Positions 1 to 11,931 of a stretch of 64,000 nucleotides of DNA are shown in pieces. Every line of letters starts with the position of its first letter. Within the stretch, counting starts at the first letter, position 1. The position numbers and the translations under genes are program-made. Below the pieces are notes generated by a model. The model was not told where the DNA came from and did not search any database. It saw only the letters and a program-made list of their open reading frames with translations. The DNA comes from Lama glama (lineage: Eukaryota), in assembly GCA_028534125.1 (NCBI GenBank), contig CM052834.1:186001-250000 (forward strand). The letters are read 5' to 3'.

Positions 1-3000
1 CTGCCTGCATGGATGGGCTGTGAGGTCACCTCACTCCGTGATGTCCTGGGGCTCTTCAGTCACAGGTAGGGCTCATGTCAAGCTGAATTTTCAGCACCTC
101 AGGGAGAGTCAGAGGACTGGGCAGGACTATAGCTTAGCTTAGGCTGACGAGGGTTGCACATGGTCTGGAGACGGTCTGGTTTGACCTGCACCCCGGTCCC
201 TGGGGCTTCTGTGCTCCCTCACGGACCATTAGTGGGAGAGGACGTTTGGTCTCCAGAGGAGGGAGAACAGTGCTTGTGGGTCAGCGGGGAGGTGCGGTAA
301 CGTGACGTGCTCCCTTCCTCGTCCCCAGGCCCTGTCCCCAGGCTCTCAAAGTTCTTTCCCAGGCCAGTCTCAGACAGGAGTTGTGGGCGTTGCTGGAGGT
401 GACCTCAGCTCCTGGGCCAGCTGAGGGGACCTGCGTATGAGACTGTGTGTCTGTAGGAAGAGCCGGTGGTAGGGAGCCCTTCCTGGGATGTGGATTTGTC
501 TCTGTTGATAGATTCCGGGCAAAGACCCAGGATGTTGGCCATCACTTTCCACAGCTCAGGGATCAAGCCTGCTCTGGGGCCATGCGGTTGGCCCGGAGAG
601 AGCCCTGGGCCCAGCTCTGGACACTCTGGATCGAAGTGCCAGCAGGTGGGAGGGACGGGATTTGAAACCGCGTCTTGGGGAAAGCGCAGCATGTGCAGCC
701 TGGCGTGCCGACGCGCAGCTTCTGCCTCCCCCAACCCCACTCTTCCTGGGTCTGCTCTGCCAGTCGGCGCTGTGCTCCCCAAGCTCGGCTGCTCGCCACC
801 GTGAGGGGAAGCCCCCGTTTTAGGACAGCAGATCATTTGAGGTGGTTTCTTGCCAGAGCCTCGCTGCCTGGAGTCTTCTGAGGCACCAGCAGCCTGTAGG
901 AGGGCCTCTTCTCTGGCGCTAAGGCAGCAGCTACAGTCTTTACACAGACGGGGCATTTGCCCCTGTTCCTGGGGCCTGGAGCAGCAGGAGCCCCTTGAGA
1001 GACACAGAGTCCTTCACTGTTCTGTGTCAGGAGGAGGAAAGTGAGGCCAGAATATGTGCAGCCAATTTTCTTCAAATTACAGTGAAGCATTGCTCTTGTT
1101 TAGCTGCAGGATGAGATTATCCCGAGTGTTTATCCGGAACAATCTCTTGAACACCTGCTCCGACGCACTGACGGGCACCAGAGGCACAGGTGACTGGGGT
1201 GGCCCCTCCCAGCAGAGCCGCTGGTTTGGGGTGTGTTGAGGAGGTAGATGGTGCCATAAAGACACATGTAGGGGCCCTTGGACCTGGCAGGGGCGTGGGG
1301 GGAGCAGCAGGAAGAAGCCGGAGAGAAGGCAGGGCTTGGCTTGCCTGTTGAGCCATCCTCTTTACCTGCCTCTTAAGATTTCAGAGCTCAGTCCCACGGG
1401 TGGGTTGGTTCACAGGTCACTTACACGTAACTGGAGATCTTCCCTGTGTGAGACCTGCACCTGTGGCCCAGGTGACGCACTCACGTCCTAGCTGGAGCTC
1501 AGCCGTCACAAGAGTTAAGAGAAAACATGGCCAAACCTCAGTGCTTCAGTCGAGCCCACAGCTTCCCAGCACCTAAGAGGTGGCTGTTCTGTGGGGGTGA
1601 CCCAGCTGACTGTAAATGGTCAAGTTGAGATTCACATCTGAGATATTTCAGCACGTGAAAAATCCATTATCAAGAGAGCTGCACAAGGCCTGTAACGTTT
1701 CTGTGCCCCTAAAGCACCCTTTTGCCTTGTCATGTAGTGGCGTGTGCCCCACCGGGATTCCCGTCTGCCAGGAGGGACCCTGGGAGATGTTGTAGTAACA
1801 GCAGCAGAAGGAATTTCACGTCAGAAAACCAGCTTACAGCAGAAGTTCCGTGGGCTCCTGCGGAGGGGAGGGCCCCCAGCCTTCCCGAGATGACACTCCG
1901 GCTGTGGGCTGTCCCGTCCCATCTGGGTGGGCTTCCTGGTCCAGTTCTGATTTCTCCCTGTCGGCTTTCCTCTCCTGGCCTCTCTGCTAACTGAGTGTCC
2001 CCACAGCTTGCGTCCACGTGACCTCCTTTTCTCCATGCCCCATGTGAAAATACCGCAGACGAAGAGTAGATGGGAGGTGTGTGCAGGGAGGTCACAGTCC
2101 CATCCCGCATGTCTGGGAGGAGGGAGCCCTGGGAGCAGTGTTGGACCTGCCCGCCTGAGCCTTTGGGCAGCAGGCAGTGACTGTCCACAGCGCCCGTGCT
2201 TCATCACTTGCCTCCTGAGCAGACTCCTGAGTCCTCCTGTCGCATGGCTTTGGGGAGGTGCTGTCACCCTTCTCCCTGTGTGGGGATTGTTGTTCAGGGC
2301 CGGAGTCTCCTTACCATCACCCCGAGTGTCTGCCCAGGAACGGAGTGACTGTTCCCTCTGCGGCGAAGTTACTCGGTCTGAACTGCTGATGTTCGTGGTT
2401 TTCCCTGGGGTGAAGTTCTTACTCTGTTCTTCTTCCCCCATCTAGAAGAAATACTGGATTTAACTCCATATTTGTGGAGTTCCCAAAAACTTTGTGCTTG
2501 GGCACTTGCTCCCCATTTATTTCCCTTTCCACGTAAGGACAGTTGTCAGAAATACGTGATAAGTTGGGACGTTGTAGCCGGGTAGCCTTAGCCGTGTCTT
2601 TATCAAGCTGGGTTTTGATGAGGAGAAAGAAAGAGGCCAGAAGGCTGGTATTGGAAAGGGTGGGCCCACGGTAAGAGCCTGTGCCTTCCAAGGGCCCGGG
2701 CGCGGGTTTGGAAAGTGTCGAGGCCATGTCTACCTGCTGTGTCCCTGCCTCCTTTGTGCTGTTACATGGGGTCCACGTGGTCCCTCATCTTGCAGGTGCC
2801 CTTGGCCAGCATCACAGCTCACACTTCAGGCCCTGAGCTCAGTGTTGGAGAGCGGTCCGGGATGGTCAGAAGGGTGCGGAGAAGAGGACGGGAGGGTGTG
2901 TATGCACGGCACGAGGGTTTGATCTCAGGCCCGTGGTTGTCCATTGACCCAGACTTGTGAGTGAATGTGCCCCGGGTCTTGCTTTTCATTAGAGGTTCTC

Positions 3001-4667
3001 TGGTAAATTTGAAGGATGCTGTTTGGTGGGAGACCCTGATCATTCCAGCAGGTACACTGAAACTTTATTCTGTGACCACCTGGATTCAGATAGTTCTCAC
3101 TAACGATATTATGAAGAAGTTGAGAACGTTGTACACAAAATTGCCAACCTTCCAGAACGTTTTCTGCACAGCCTCTCATCACAGAAGTTACAAAATCGGT
3201 GCTCCCACCTGTCCCTTCCGTCTTGTATCACGGGGCTCCTGGGCTTCACCCGACAGACCACCTGTCACCCGACCTCGGGTTGCCGTGACTTCGCCCCTTG
3301 CGGCTGAGAATACCACCAAAGCCCGGTCCCCTGCTCCCGCCGCAGTGCCTGCCTCCTCTCCACCTGCAAGTCCCTCCCCGTCGCAGACCGCTGAGGCCGC
3401 CGTGCAGGGCGGTGCCTGAGCCCTGCTGCTCCCTCTGCCCAGGGCGCTCTTCCCGCCGTCTCCCTGCAGGGACTGCAGTGCGCCCTCCAGACAAGTGGGA
3501 CCGGCAAGCCTGTGCGGGTGGTGGGGGCGGGGGCGCCACCAGGACTCCGGTGTGTACTGGGCCGGAGCAGAAGAGGTGGGCAACGTGTACAGGGCACAGA
3601 GGTGGCTCACGCCCGTGATTCATTCCATGTGCGTGTTAACCCTGGGACACGGATAGCCCCACGACAGATGAGCAAACGGTGTTGTGGTGGCTGTGTGACT
3701 TCCTACAGTTTCCCGGCTGCCGCCAGTGGGCTCCGGTGTCTGACTCTGCCCCCACCCGCGATGTCCTGTGACATGAGCCCAGGAAGGCGTGCACCGGGGC
3801 CTCTTCTACCCGAATGTGGGGCCACAGGGTGCATCAGCAGAAGTAACGATGGTGATGGGGAGGATGGAAGGACAGGGCATCTGAGGTCTCCAAGTCCACC
3901 CTCCCTAGCAGTCCTCAGAGAAATAAAGAGAAGTGGGGAGAGTTTTTTACGAAGCGTGGTGGACTCTGGAGGTCATCCAGCATAAGAACAGACTTGGCTA
4001 CAGACCATCAGCGGAACCACACCCTGGGTGCAGGGTGCTGGGAGCAGGGAGCCCGTCGTCTCCACGCGTCACCCCACAGAGGACTTACTGTCTACAAAGG
4101 GGGCAGAGCAGTGAGTGGGCACCAGCTCAACCAGGTGGTCTGGCTCCTGTGAGCAGGAAAGTGGTGGTCTGGACCCCTCTGCTCCTGCACAGGTGTGGTG
4201 GGACAGCCCAGCATTGCCAACACGGTGCTCCCAAGGGGCAGAGAGCATGTGCTGTGAATCTAACACAAGGAGACGGCCCAGTCCATGATGTGGAAACCTC
4301 TGTGGAGCCATTCGCCTGGGCACCTCAGTGGGCCAGCCAGATGCAGTGCTGGAGCCCTGGTTGGGTCCTGGACTGTTGTCGGGGAGGAAGGGCCCAGAGG
4401 GCAGGACTCCCTTCTCCAGGAGGCTCTCCCTAGAGGTCCAGCACAGCCAATGTCCACCGGCTGTCTCTTCCAGTAGAACAGGCATGGGGTGTTTTATCTC
4501 TGCTCTCATACCAGCATCCTCTGGGCTCCACCAGACCCCGACCTTGTTGACCGTTGCCCATGTCTGCCTCCTGGGCCTCGGGGGATGGCTGTCCCTCCTC
4601 TCCCTGAGAAATTCCTCTGTCGTTCCCATCACTGGTTCTAGAACTTTGCTTCTTGCTTGTCTTGCAG

Positions 4668-4863
4668 GTTCGAGTGTGAATGGCCTGGAGGAGCCCAGCG
4701 TTGCCAAGAGACTGCGGGGCACCCCGGAGAGGATTGAGTTGGAGAACTACCGCCTGTCGGTGAGGCAGGCAGAGGGGCTGCAGGAGGTGCCCGAGGAGAC
4801 GCAGGCCGAGCACAACCTGAGCAGCGTGCTGGACACGGGGACAGAGGAGGATGTGGCTAGCAG
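4668..4863 (+). CDS. MICAL3: MICAL3 internal coding exon (post-LIM linker: (G)SSVNGLEEPSVAKRLRGTPERIELENYRLSV...EEDVAS), phase 1->2
   Basis: Polypyrimidine tract + CAG acceptor (4665-4667), AG|GTCAGC donor at 4864; peptide matches the MICAL2/3 motif KRLRGTPERIELENY. Confidence 0.95.
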
Positions 4864-5082
4864 GTCAGCCTGGGGTCGGGGCACTGCCTGCCGGACACAG
4901 GGATGGGGTGATGGGTCCAGCAGGTTGGCCCGTGATCGGGGCACTGCCTGCTAGACACAGGGACAAGGGAACGGGGCCAGTAGGTTCGCTTGTGGTCGAT
5001 GCACCACCTGCCGGACCCGGGAACCAGGGGATGAGGGAACAGGGCCAGCAGGTTGGCCTGTGGTTGGTGTACCACCCGCCGG
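4861..5082 (+). repeat. Degenerate 60-bp tandem repeat, about 3.5 copies, overlapping a MICAL3 donor site
   Basis: Units start at 4861, 4921, 4981 and 5049 (YAGGT...GGTCGGGGCACTGCCTGCCGGACACAGGGA...GGCCAG). Confidence 0.85.
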
Positions 5083-5734
5083 AGGAGCAGCACAGCCCTG
5101 GTCAGGATGTGGCAGCTGACTGACTGGGATGGAGTATTGGCTGTGACACCAGGCGGGCTGTGACTTGTGTGCCTCCATTTCCTCCTGTGAAATGGGGCAG
5201 TACCCGACCTTCTTTGGAGTTGTGTGAGGTTGCAAGTGGAGGCAGCACTGGGACTGCGCTGGGCATGCATACGTGCTTGTAGATGGCACTGCTGTTGCTG
5301 CTTCAGTGCGATGCCTGGCCATGTGTAGAGGACTCTGTGTCCACCTCTCACTTGTCCATCCTCTGGGACCCTGTGAGGCGGCACAGCCAAAGGTACATCT
5401 TGTCACCTTCTGGTGAGGAGACTGGGGGTGAGCACAGCAGGGATCGAGGATTGACAAAGATTAAAACTCAGGTTCCCTGGTCGGTTCCCCCTGCTGATCC
5501 ACCTGCTCAAGCGTTAGGATCCTTATCTCTTCATCTCATAAGCCCGTAGGGACCCCCTTGACCTAATTCAGAGACTCAGTGCTGACTGAGCACCTGCTGA
5601 GGCCTTGACACTGCTCTTCATTGAAAAGGAACAGAAAGAATCTGCCCTGGGATGGGGTTACAGTGTGTTGGGGGCGAGGACCTCCACTGAGGCCCAGAGA
5701 GGTGAGGTGGCTTCCCCGAGACTGCACAGCCCGG

Positions 5735-5812
5735 ACTCCTGCTCCTCTCTGCCACCTGCGAGTTGTGGGCAAGTTTCTTAACCTCTCTTGCCTCCATTTC
5801 CTCACCAGCAAA
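5735..5812 (-). mobile_element. MIR SINE fragment
   Basis: TGGGCAAGTTTCTTAACCTCTCTTGCCTCCATTTCCTCA. Confidence 0.65.
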
Positions 5813-6087
5813 GGGCCCTGCACCTCCTAGGTTTGCTGCTAGCAGTGGACACGGTGTCAGGTGCTGAGTCACCCCAGCGGTCACCATAATTACTGCCACC
5901 TGGGGCAGGACTGGCACCCTGGGTTTGGCTCCTTACACAGGTGTGCAAATGCCGGAACTAGGCTCTGCTCGAACCTGCCCTGGGGCAGCAGTGACCAGGT
6001 TTGGCCTGCATCCAAGTCACCCAAGGGTTTGTTAGAGTGCAGATGGCTGAGCCGTTTTGGACTCTGTCAGTTTGGGGAGAGGTTCCT

Positions 6088-6300
6088 GGTGGTGCTGCAG
6101 TCTGGAGGCCACGCCCTGAGAACCCCTGCTCAAAATTTCCCAGTTTTCCTGATGGTGAACACATCCCGCGACACTCGGTGGAAAATTCCTGCCGCCGCCA
6201 CCCTCCCTGTACCCGAGGGTCTCATTCAGTGGGTTGGGGTGGAGACCAGGAACATCTGTTTTTAGAGGACGCCCTAGGTGATTCTTAGCATCGGCTTCGT
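6088..6300. mobile_element. MER5-like fragments
   Basis: CCACGCCCTGAGAACCCCTG end motif and ATTCAGTGGGTTGGGGTGG..CCAGGAA..TGTTTTTA..AGGTGATTCT. Confidence 0.55.
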
Positions 6301-8024
6301 GGTTTAGGTCGCACAAGCAGGGAGCCTTGGCAGGGGCCAAGCTCCGTGACCCTTCCTTGGAGTGGGGAGGGAGCATCTTCCAAAGGACTGTGAAAATGGT
6401 ACTTTGGTCTTCTCTGCGGGAGGATCTGGTGTCCCCAGGTCGGGAAAGACTGGCTCTGTGATTTTTGTTGTGTTCTTCTGACTGCCTTTCTGGCAGGCTT
6501 TGCCCGTCTGCCGAAGTCCTTCAGTGTTTACACGTTCCTGGCTCATCCTTTAGTCAGAAGGGCTGGAGCAAATGGATAAATAGGTACATTTTCCAGATAG
6601 TGCAGCCAGGGTGGCAGAGGGCTCCCTGAAAGTCGGAGACGGAGCAGCCCCTCCTTTGAGGCAGGTCTGAAATAAGAAATTCCTAGCTATTCGCCTCTCT
6701 CCTCACCCTTCTCCAGCAGGGGCAGAGCCATTGCCAAGCAGGACCAGGCACGTCTCCTCCACCGTCCACCTGGTGTTTACAGGGGTGTCAGAGTGGGTGG
6801 GCCCGGGATGCCCCACAGGACAGAAGGCTGCACAGAGACAAGTGGGTGGGAGTGAAAGGGGGGCACCCAGGGGCTTCGGGCTCGTCCCTGCGGCCGCCAG
6901 CCTCCCTCCTCGTGGGCCTGCCTGGAGCCCCGCCCACCCCGCAGCTGGGAGCCTGGCTGAGGGCTTCCTCCTGAGGGTGGTGGTGTGGTGGGGATCCCAG
7001 CTTCCCCCGCAGACTGTTGCCCAGGGCGGCCGTGCCCTGGGGCCCCTGTGGGGTTGGCAGAGCTAGTCTGTGGGCACGGCCTTGTGCTGCGTCTGCTCCC
7101 TTGGGTCCGCCCCTCTGCGAAGCTCTTCTAAGCCCGGAGCAAGCCTTCTCCTTTTAGGAGCTGGGTCATGGGGCTTTGGTTCCTCCTGCCAGCTTGTCGG
7201 GGGCTTGGTGATGAGTCAGCGCCCAGGCAGCTCCGGGCAGGCGCAATGAGGAGTTTCTGCGGCATATTCTAACTGATGGGTTGGCTCTGCTGTGGACGTT
7301 TGCCGGGGGCTTCAGAGGGGCCGTCTAGCACTCCCAGAATCCAGGTGGCAGTGTGCCCGGCCTTCCTGGCCGAGTCCCTTGTCCATTCTTGCTGCGCCTG
7401 CATGTGCCAGGCAAGTGGTCCCAAGTGGCTGATGTGGCAGGACCCCGAAACCTTCACCCCGCACCTCCTTATTAGACTCTCCACCTGGCCGCACAGGGAG
7501 ACAGACCCTTCCTTTAGTCAGGGCACCCCAGGGCTGAGGGCCTCATCCCCCCGGCGGGGCAAGGCCAGGCTCTCTGAGCAAGGCCGGCACTCCTGGCCCT
7601 GGAGCCGGGCTGCGTCCTCATGCAGCCGCTGCCTCTCCACCAGGCGGTGAGCTCGCACAGCCCTGCAGTGCTCCCAAGAGCGGCACCCCGCACACACGCC
7701 CTGCCAGCCCCACTCCTGCTGGCAGCCCTTCCTTCCCACTCGAGGGCCTCCCGCCAGACAGTGGGTGGGATGAAAGGAAGGGCTGTTCACTCTGGGTCTC
7801 CAGGGTCCTGAGGGCCCGGAGCCTGAGCTCAGCGGGACTGCTGTTCACTCTCTCCACCCCGCACGGCTCCCCCGGGCAGGGGACACGCGGGCCCTCGGGG
7901 ACCTGTCTCCCTCCCCACCCGCAGGTGCCACACCGAGACCGTCTGCCTCTGACCTTGGCCTTTAGCTGTCATCCCCTCCTCGGGGCCTGTCAGTCTCACT
8001 TTGGTCCCATGGTTGTTCCTGCAG

Positions 8025-8278
8025 CAGCTCTGAGTCTGAGATGGAGGAGGAGGAGGAAGAGGAGGAGGAGGCCCCGCTGCCCACCTCGGACCTGGGTGGC
8101 GTCCCCTGGAAGGAGGCAGTGAGGATCCACGCTCTGCTGAAGGGCAAGAGTGAGGAGGAGCTGGAGGCTTCTGGGAGCTTCGAGCCCGGGGACGAGGAGG
8201 AGGAGGAAGAGGACGAGGAGGACGAGGACGAGGAGGACGAGGACGAGGAAGACGAGGAGGAGGAGGAGTCCAGTGAAG
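8025..8278 (+). CDS. MICAL3: MICAL3 coding exon, Glu/Asp-rich (SSESEMEEEE...DLGGVPWKEAVRIHALLKGKSEEELE...EESSE), phase 2->1
   Basis: CAG acceptor 8022-8024 (tandem CAGCAG), G|GTCAGA donor 8279; VPWKEAVRIHALLKGK recognised as MICAL3; frame continuous with previous exon. Confidence 0.95.
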
Positions 8279-10478
8279 GTCAGAGACTCATCTCCCCTCC
8301 TGCCACAGCCCCTGGGGCCCCCAGGATAGGGCCTGTCTGAGCAGAGCTGGAGGCCGAGGCGGACGAGGGCCCCCCAGGTCAGGTTAATCATTCCCTCCTG
8401 GAACTTAGCCTTCTGTGGGGTTCTCTGGCCCTTAGTGCTGGATATAGGAGGCTGTGGAGCGTTAAGGAGGCGCGTGAGCGAGGGGCCTGCCGGGCGGCGA
8501 CGTGCTCAGACTCGGGTCCTGTTAAGTTGGTTGGGCTGGCTCTGAACCCCCTCTCATCTCCGACTCAAGGTGTTTGATTCTGGCCGTGTCGGCTGTGTGT
8601 GGCCCTGAGCCGACAGGGAGAGCTTGGTCCCGCCGAGGAGTGTGTCTGGGCAGTGACTTCCGGTGCCCGGAGGCGACTCTGCTCCCTGTTCTCCCCTTTT
8701 GCCCCGATGTGGGTGCGCCTTGTCTGTGGGGTCAGGCCCCCACTGTAGAAGGGACGCACTGGCCCTCGGGCAGAGAACTCCAGCAGGGCCGGCAGCCCCG
8801 GCGTCTGTCGGGACGACGACACGGGTGCACGTGAAGGCACCCCTGACCTCCGGCCCCCCAGCTCCCTCGCCGGCACCCCGTCTGCCCACAAGAGCAGGTC
8901 CCATGCGAAAGACAGGATTTCAAAGAGCGGTACTGCCCCACCCCCCAGCTCCAGCTTGAGCAGCCCCTCTGCACGTCCCACATCCAGTTAAGACCCAGCT
9001 TCTCCTCTGTCGTGAGCAGAAAACCTCACGCCAGTCAGCGCTCACGGTGGCAGAGCCAGCACAACAGCCCAGAGCCCCTCCCGGTGCCTCTTGATGTGTC
9101 TCCGGGAGAGGAGGAGATGCTGGCTGGTGAGCCCCAAACCCAAGGCCACGTGCAGAGCAGGCCGCAACAGACACCCCCAGGGAGAAGGCTCATTCTCTTC
9201 CTTGGTTGCCTGGAAGATGAAGAAAGGGCCCGCGTTTCCTCTTTTATTTGCCTTCTTTGTCCAAAGACACTCGGGCTCTCTGTGACTGTGCTGTCTTCCA
9301 GCACTGTCGGGGCCCCTGACCTTAGATACGGTCCCATAGGTCCCAGTAGCTCCCGCAAGAGCGCACTCGGGACTGCAGCCCCGCGTCCGACAGAGCAGCG
9401 TCCCCGTCCACGTTCGGTGGTCTTGTTGGTATTTCTGCCCGTATCACATTCCCTGTTGCCTGGACGTGAGGAGGTGGTTTGTTCTAGTGATGAGGCTGAA
9501 GCCAGTCCAGCTGGACTGTCGAGAGCGGGCTGCCCAGGAACCCAGGGCCTTGGGGTTAGGAGACGCGGCTCTTGCTGCTGGAAAGCAACTTTCCTCCCGT
9601 CATGTGCTCTCCTGCGAGTTGCTGGCTGTGTCTTATTTTAGCCCACCTGAACAGCGTGGCCCAGCACTGATGGTGGGGGGCCACGGGGCAGGGCTGCATG
9701 CAGATTCCGTGGGCAGGAACAGTCTGAAGGGGCCACGGGCGACTTCTCCTCTGGCTAAGAAGCCAGGTCTTGTGTCCAGAGGGGACTCAGGGGAGTTTTG
9801 AGGAAAACTTCCCTGGAACTTTGGGGACCTGTGGGACAGAGCTCTGCTCCCCCTCCCCCTGCCTTCGCCCCCTCAGACAGCATGCTGCATGAAGCCTGGT
9901 ACAGAAGGGGCTTTTCTCTCTCTAGCTGCCGAAGATGAGAACTCGGGTGCCCACAGAGGGACTTGCTGTCCTGTGTGAGTTGGCTGGTTCATGGCAGGGT
10001 GACAACATCCGCCCCCCCTCTGTAGTCACATGGCAGGTGGCCCAGAGCCACATTCTCACGGCCTCGGCTCTTTTCTGGCCTTCACTGTAGCCAGCTCTTT
10101 TCTCCTGAAAAAGGGGTCCCTCCACACAGTTAAGGTGAAAAGAGCTTCAGAAAGGAAAGCACATTCCACCTGGCGTGGGGCAGGGGCCCTCTTCATCCAA
10201 GTCCAGCTACGTGAGGCTTGAAGCAACTGGGTCAAGGGGCCCGAGTAGGAGGCACAAGTGTGCACGTGTGAGCGCATGTGTGTGCGCGTGTGAGCATGCA
10301 CTTATTCTCAGTTTTTGTTTCTTTCTGCTTCAAACTGATTCTGGCAAATGCGGTGATTCTTCGTTTCCTCTGCTGTGGGTTCTGTGCTCTCCTCCCTTCA
10401 CTGTTTATTTTCTGCTTCCTTCCTCCCCATCATCTCCCCCTTCCTCGTCTCCTTCACCCCTTGAACCTGGCACACTAG

Positions 10479-10613
10479 CTGGCAGCCAGCGGCTACAGCA
10501 GAACACAAGTCCAGCCGATCCCTTGGAGATCCAGGCTGACGTGCACTGGACACATATTCGCGAGAACAAGGAGGAGCAAGTGGTCCCAGCCTCTGAGTCC
10601 TCTCCTTCTGGAG
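10479..10613 (+). CDS. MICAL3: MICAL3 coding exon (AGSQRLQQNTSPADPLEIQADVHWTHIRE...SSPSG), phase 1->1
   Basis: TAG acceptor 10476-10478 after long pyrimidine tract, G|GTAACT donor; ADPLEIQADVHWTHIRE recognised as MICAL3. Confidence 0.93.
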
Positions 10614-10631
10614 GTAACTGCCTCAGGCCCC

Positions 10632-10960
10632 AGGGCCCTCATCCCTGCGACCCCCACGTCCCTGCAGATCCCTCCATCCCTGCAGAACCCCCATCCCTGC
10701 AGACCCCCATCCCTGCAGGTGCCCCATCCCTGCACACTTCCCCATCCTTGTGGCTCCCCTGTCCCTGCAGACCCCATCCCTGCGGNNNNNNNNNNNNNNN
10801 NNNNNNNNNNNNNNNNNNNNNNNNNNNNNNNNNNNNNNNNNNNNNNNNNNNNNNNNNNNNNNNNNNNNNNNNNNNNNNNNNNNNNCTCTCCAGACCCCCA
10901 TCCCTGCAGAACCCCCGTCCCTGCAGACCCCATCCCTGTGGCCCCCCTGTCCCTGCCCCC
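10632..10960 (+). repeat. 16-bp minisatellite (CCCCCATCCCTGCAGA)n spanning an assembly gap
   Basis: About 10 copies left and 4 right of the N run. Confidence 0.92.
10786..10885. other. Assembly gap (100 N placeholder)
   Basis: Exactly 100 N. Confidence 1.
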
Positions 10961-11931
10961 CTCCCCCCCGGGCTGCAGAGGGCTCTCCTGTTGGGGCAGA
11001 GCCACCAGGTTGACCAGAAGTAAGAGCCAGCAGAGCGCTCGGCTTTCACCTGAGGACGCATCTCTCTGTGAGCTAAGAGCTGTGGCTCGTCTCCATTGAT
11101 GCGAAACAGCGAAGTGAACTTGACCTTGGGAAAACCAAGAGTTTGCTTCCTTCCCCTGTGTCACTAGGCAAGGCTCCTCTTTCTCCACTTGGTCTTTTCC
11201 TCACGGAGTGTGTCTGGGTGTGAGTGCCCTGACAGGATGGCATTGAGGGACCACATTTGCACTGAAATGCAGTTTTAAGAAGAAGCGTGTGTCACGGAGG
11301 CCTCTGAAGTAGCTAGCATAACTTCCAGCTCTAGGTTTTAGGTCAGATGATCTGTATTCCATGGCAGGACAAAGGTGAACCTTGTTCTGGCTTCTTTAAG
11401 GGAGTAACAAGTAATGAGAGATGGCACAGCTGGGGGGTACGTGGCTGCCACGTCGCTCTCTGTGCCCCTGACCTCAGCTGCCCAGCGTGCTGTCTCCACC
11501 TTGTCTTCTGCTCACTTACCTTCGTGTTTGCATTCAGTGCGTGTTGGGGACACTCCGCGCAGGGCTCAGAGGGGTGGTCCCTGCCTTCCTGGACCTTGCC
11601 ACCTTCACCTCCGGGCAGCATTTTGCAACCACATAGACCCCAACATCCCTGCAAGGGGCCGGGAGACCATGCTGACCAGGGGCGTCAGCCTGGCCTGGAG
11701 CTGGGTACACTCTGCGGCCTCAAGCTGATGCTGACCCTCCCTGTGCTCTGTCTCTTGTCCCTGTCCTGATGCCCAGCACACACGGGATGTGGCGGTGCTG
11801 GCCGGGCCTCGGGCTGTGGCGTCGTCCGTCTCTCTTCTGCTGTGGACTTCAGGACGACCTCACCTCACCTCTCCTCACTAAGGATGCCTATTCCTGTGTA
11901 ACTTTTTATTTGTCGTCTGTTTTAAATTCAG

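Noticed and set aside
1104-1189. Exon-like stretch LQDEIIPSVYPEQSLEHLLRRTDGHQRH between AG and AG|GTGACT
   Set aside because: Phase 0->2 does not fit the phase-1 intron on its own; upstream context is outside the window
7996-8391. Minus-strand ORF with a long Leu/Val transmembrane-like run
   Set aside because: Antisense reading of the GAG/GAC acidic repeat
9012-9641. Protein-like ORF (KPHASQRSRWQSQHNSPEP...) behind a possible acceptor at 9017-9019
   Set aside because: The phase-1 join enters a different frame (ENLTPV..., stop 9283-9285); no convincing donor or poly(A) signal. A one-base error in the A4 run cannot be excluded without reads
10632-10960. Repeat arrays (here and at 4861-5082) as CRISPR-like
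   Set aside because: Head-to-tail units with no unique spacers, mammalian context, no cas genes
10175-11188. Several long ORFs on both strands across the minisatellite
   Set aside because: Artefacts of a stop-free repeat and the N gap; only 10479-10613 is coding
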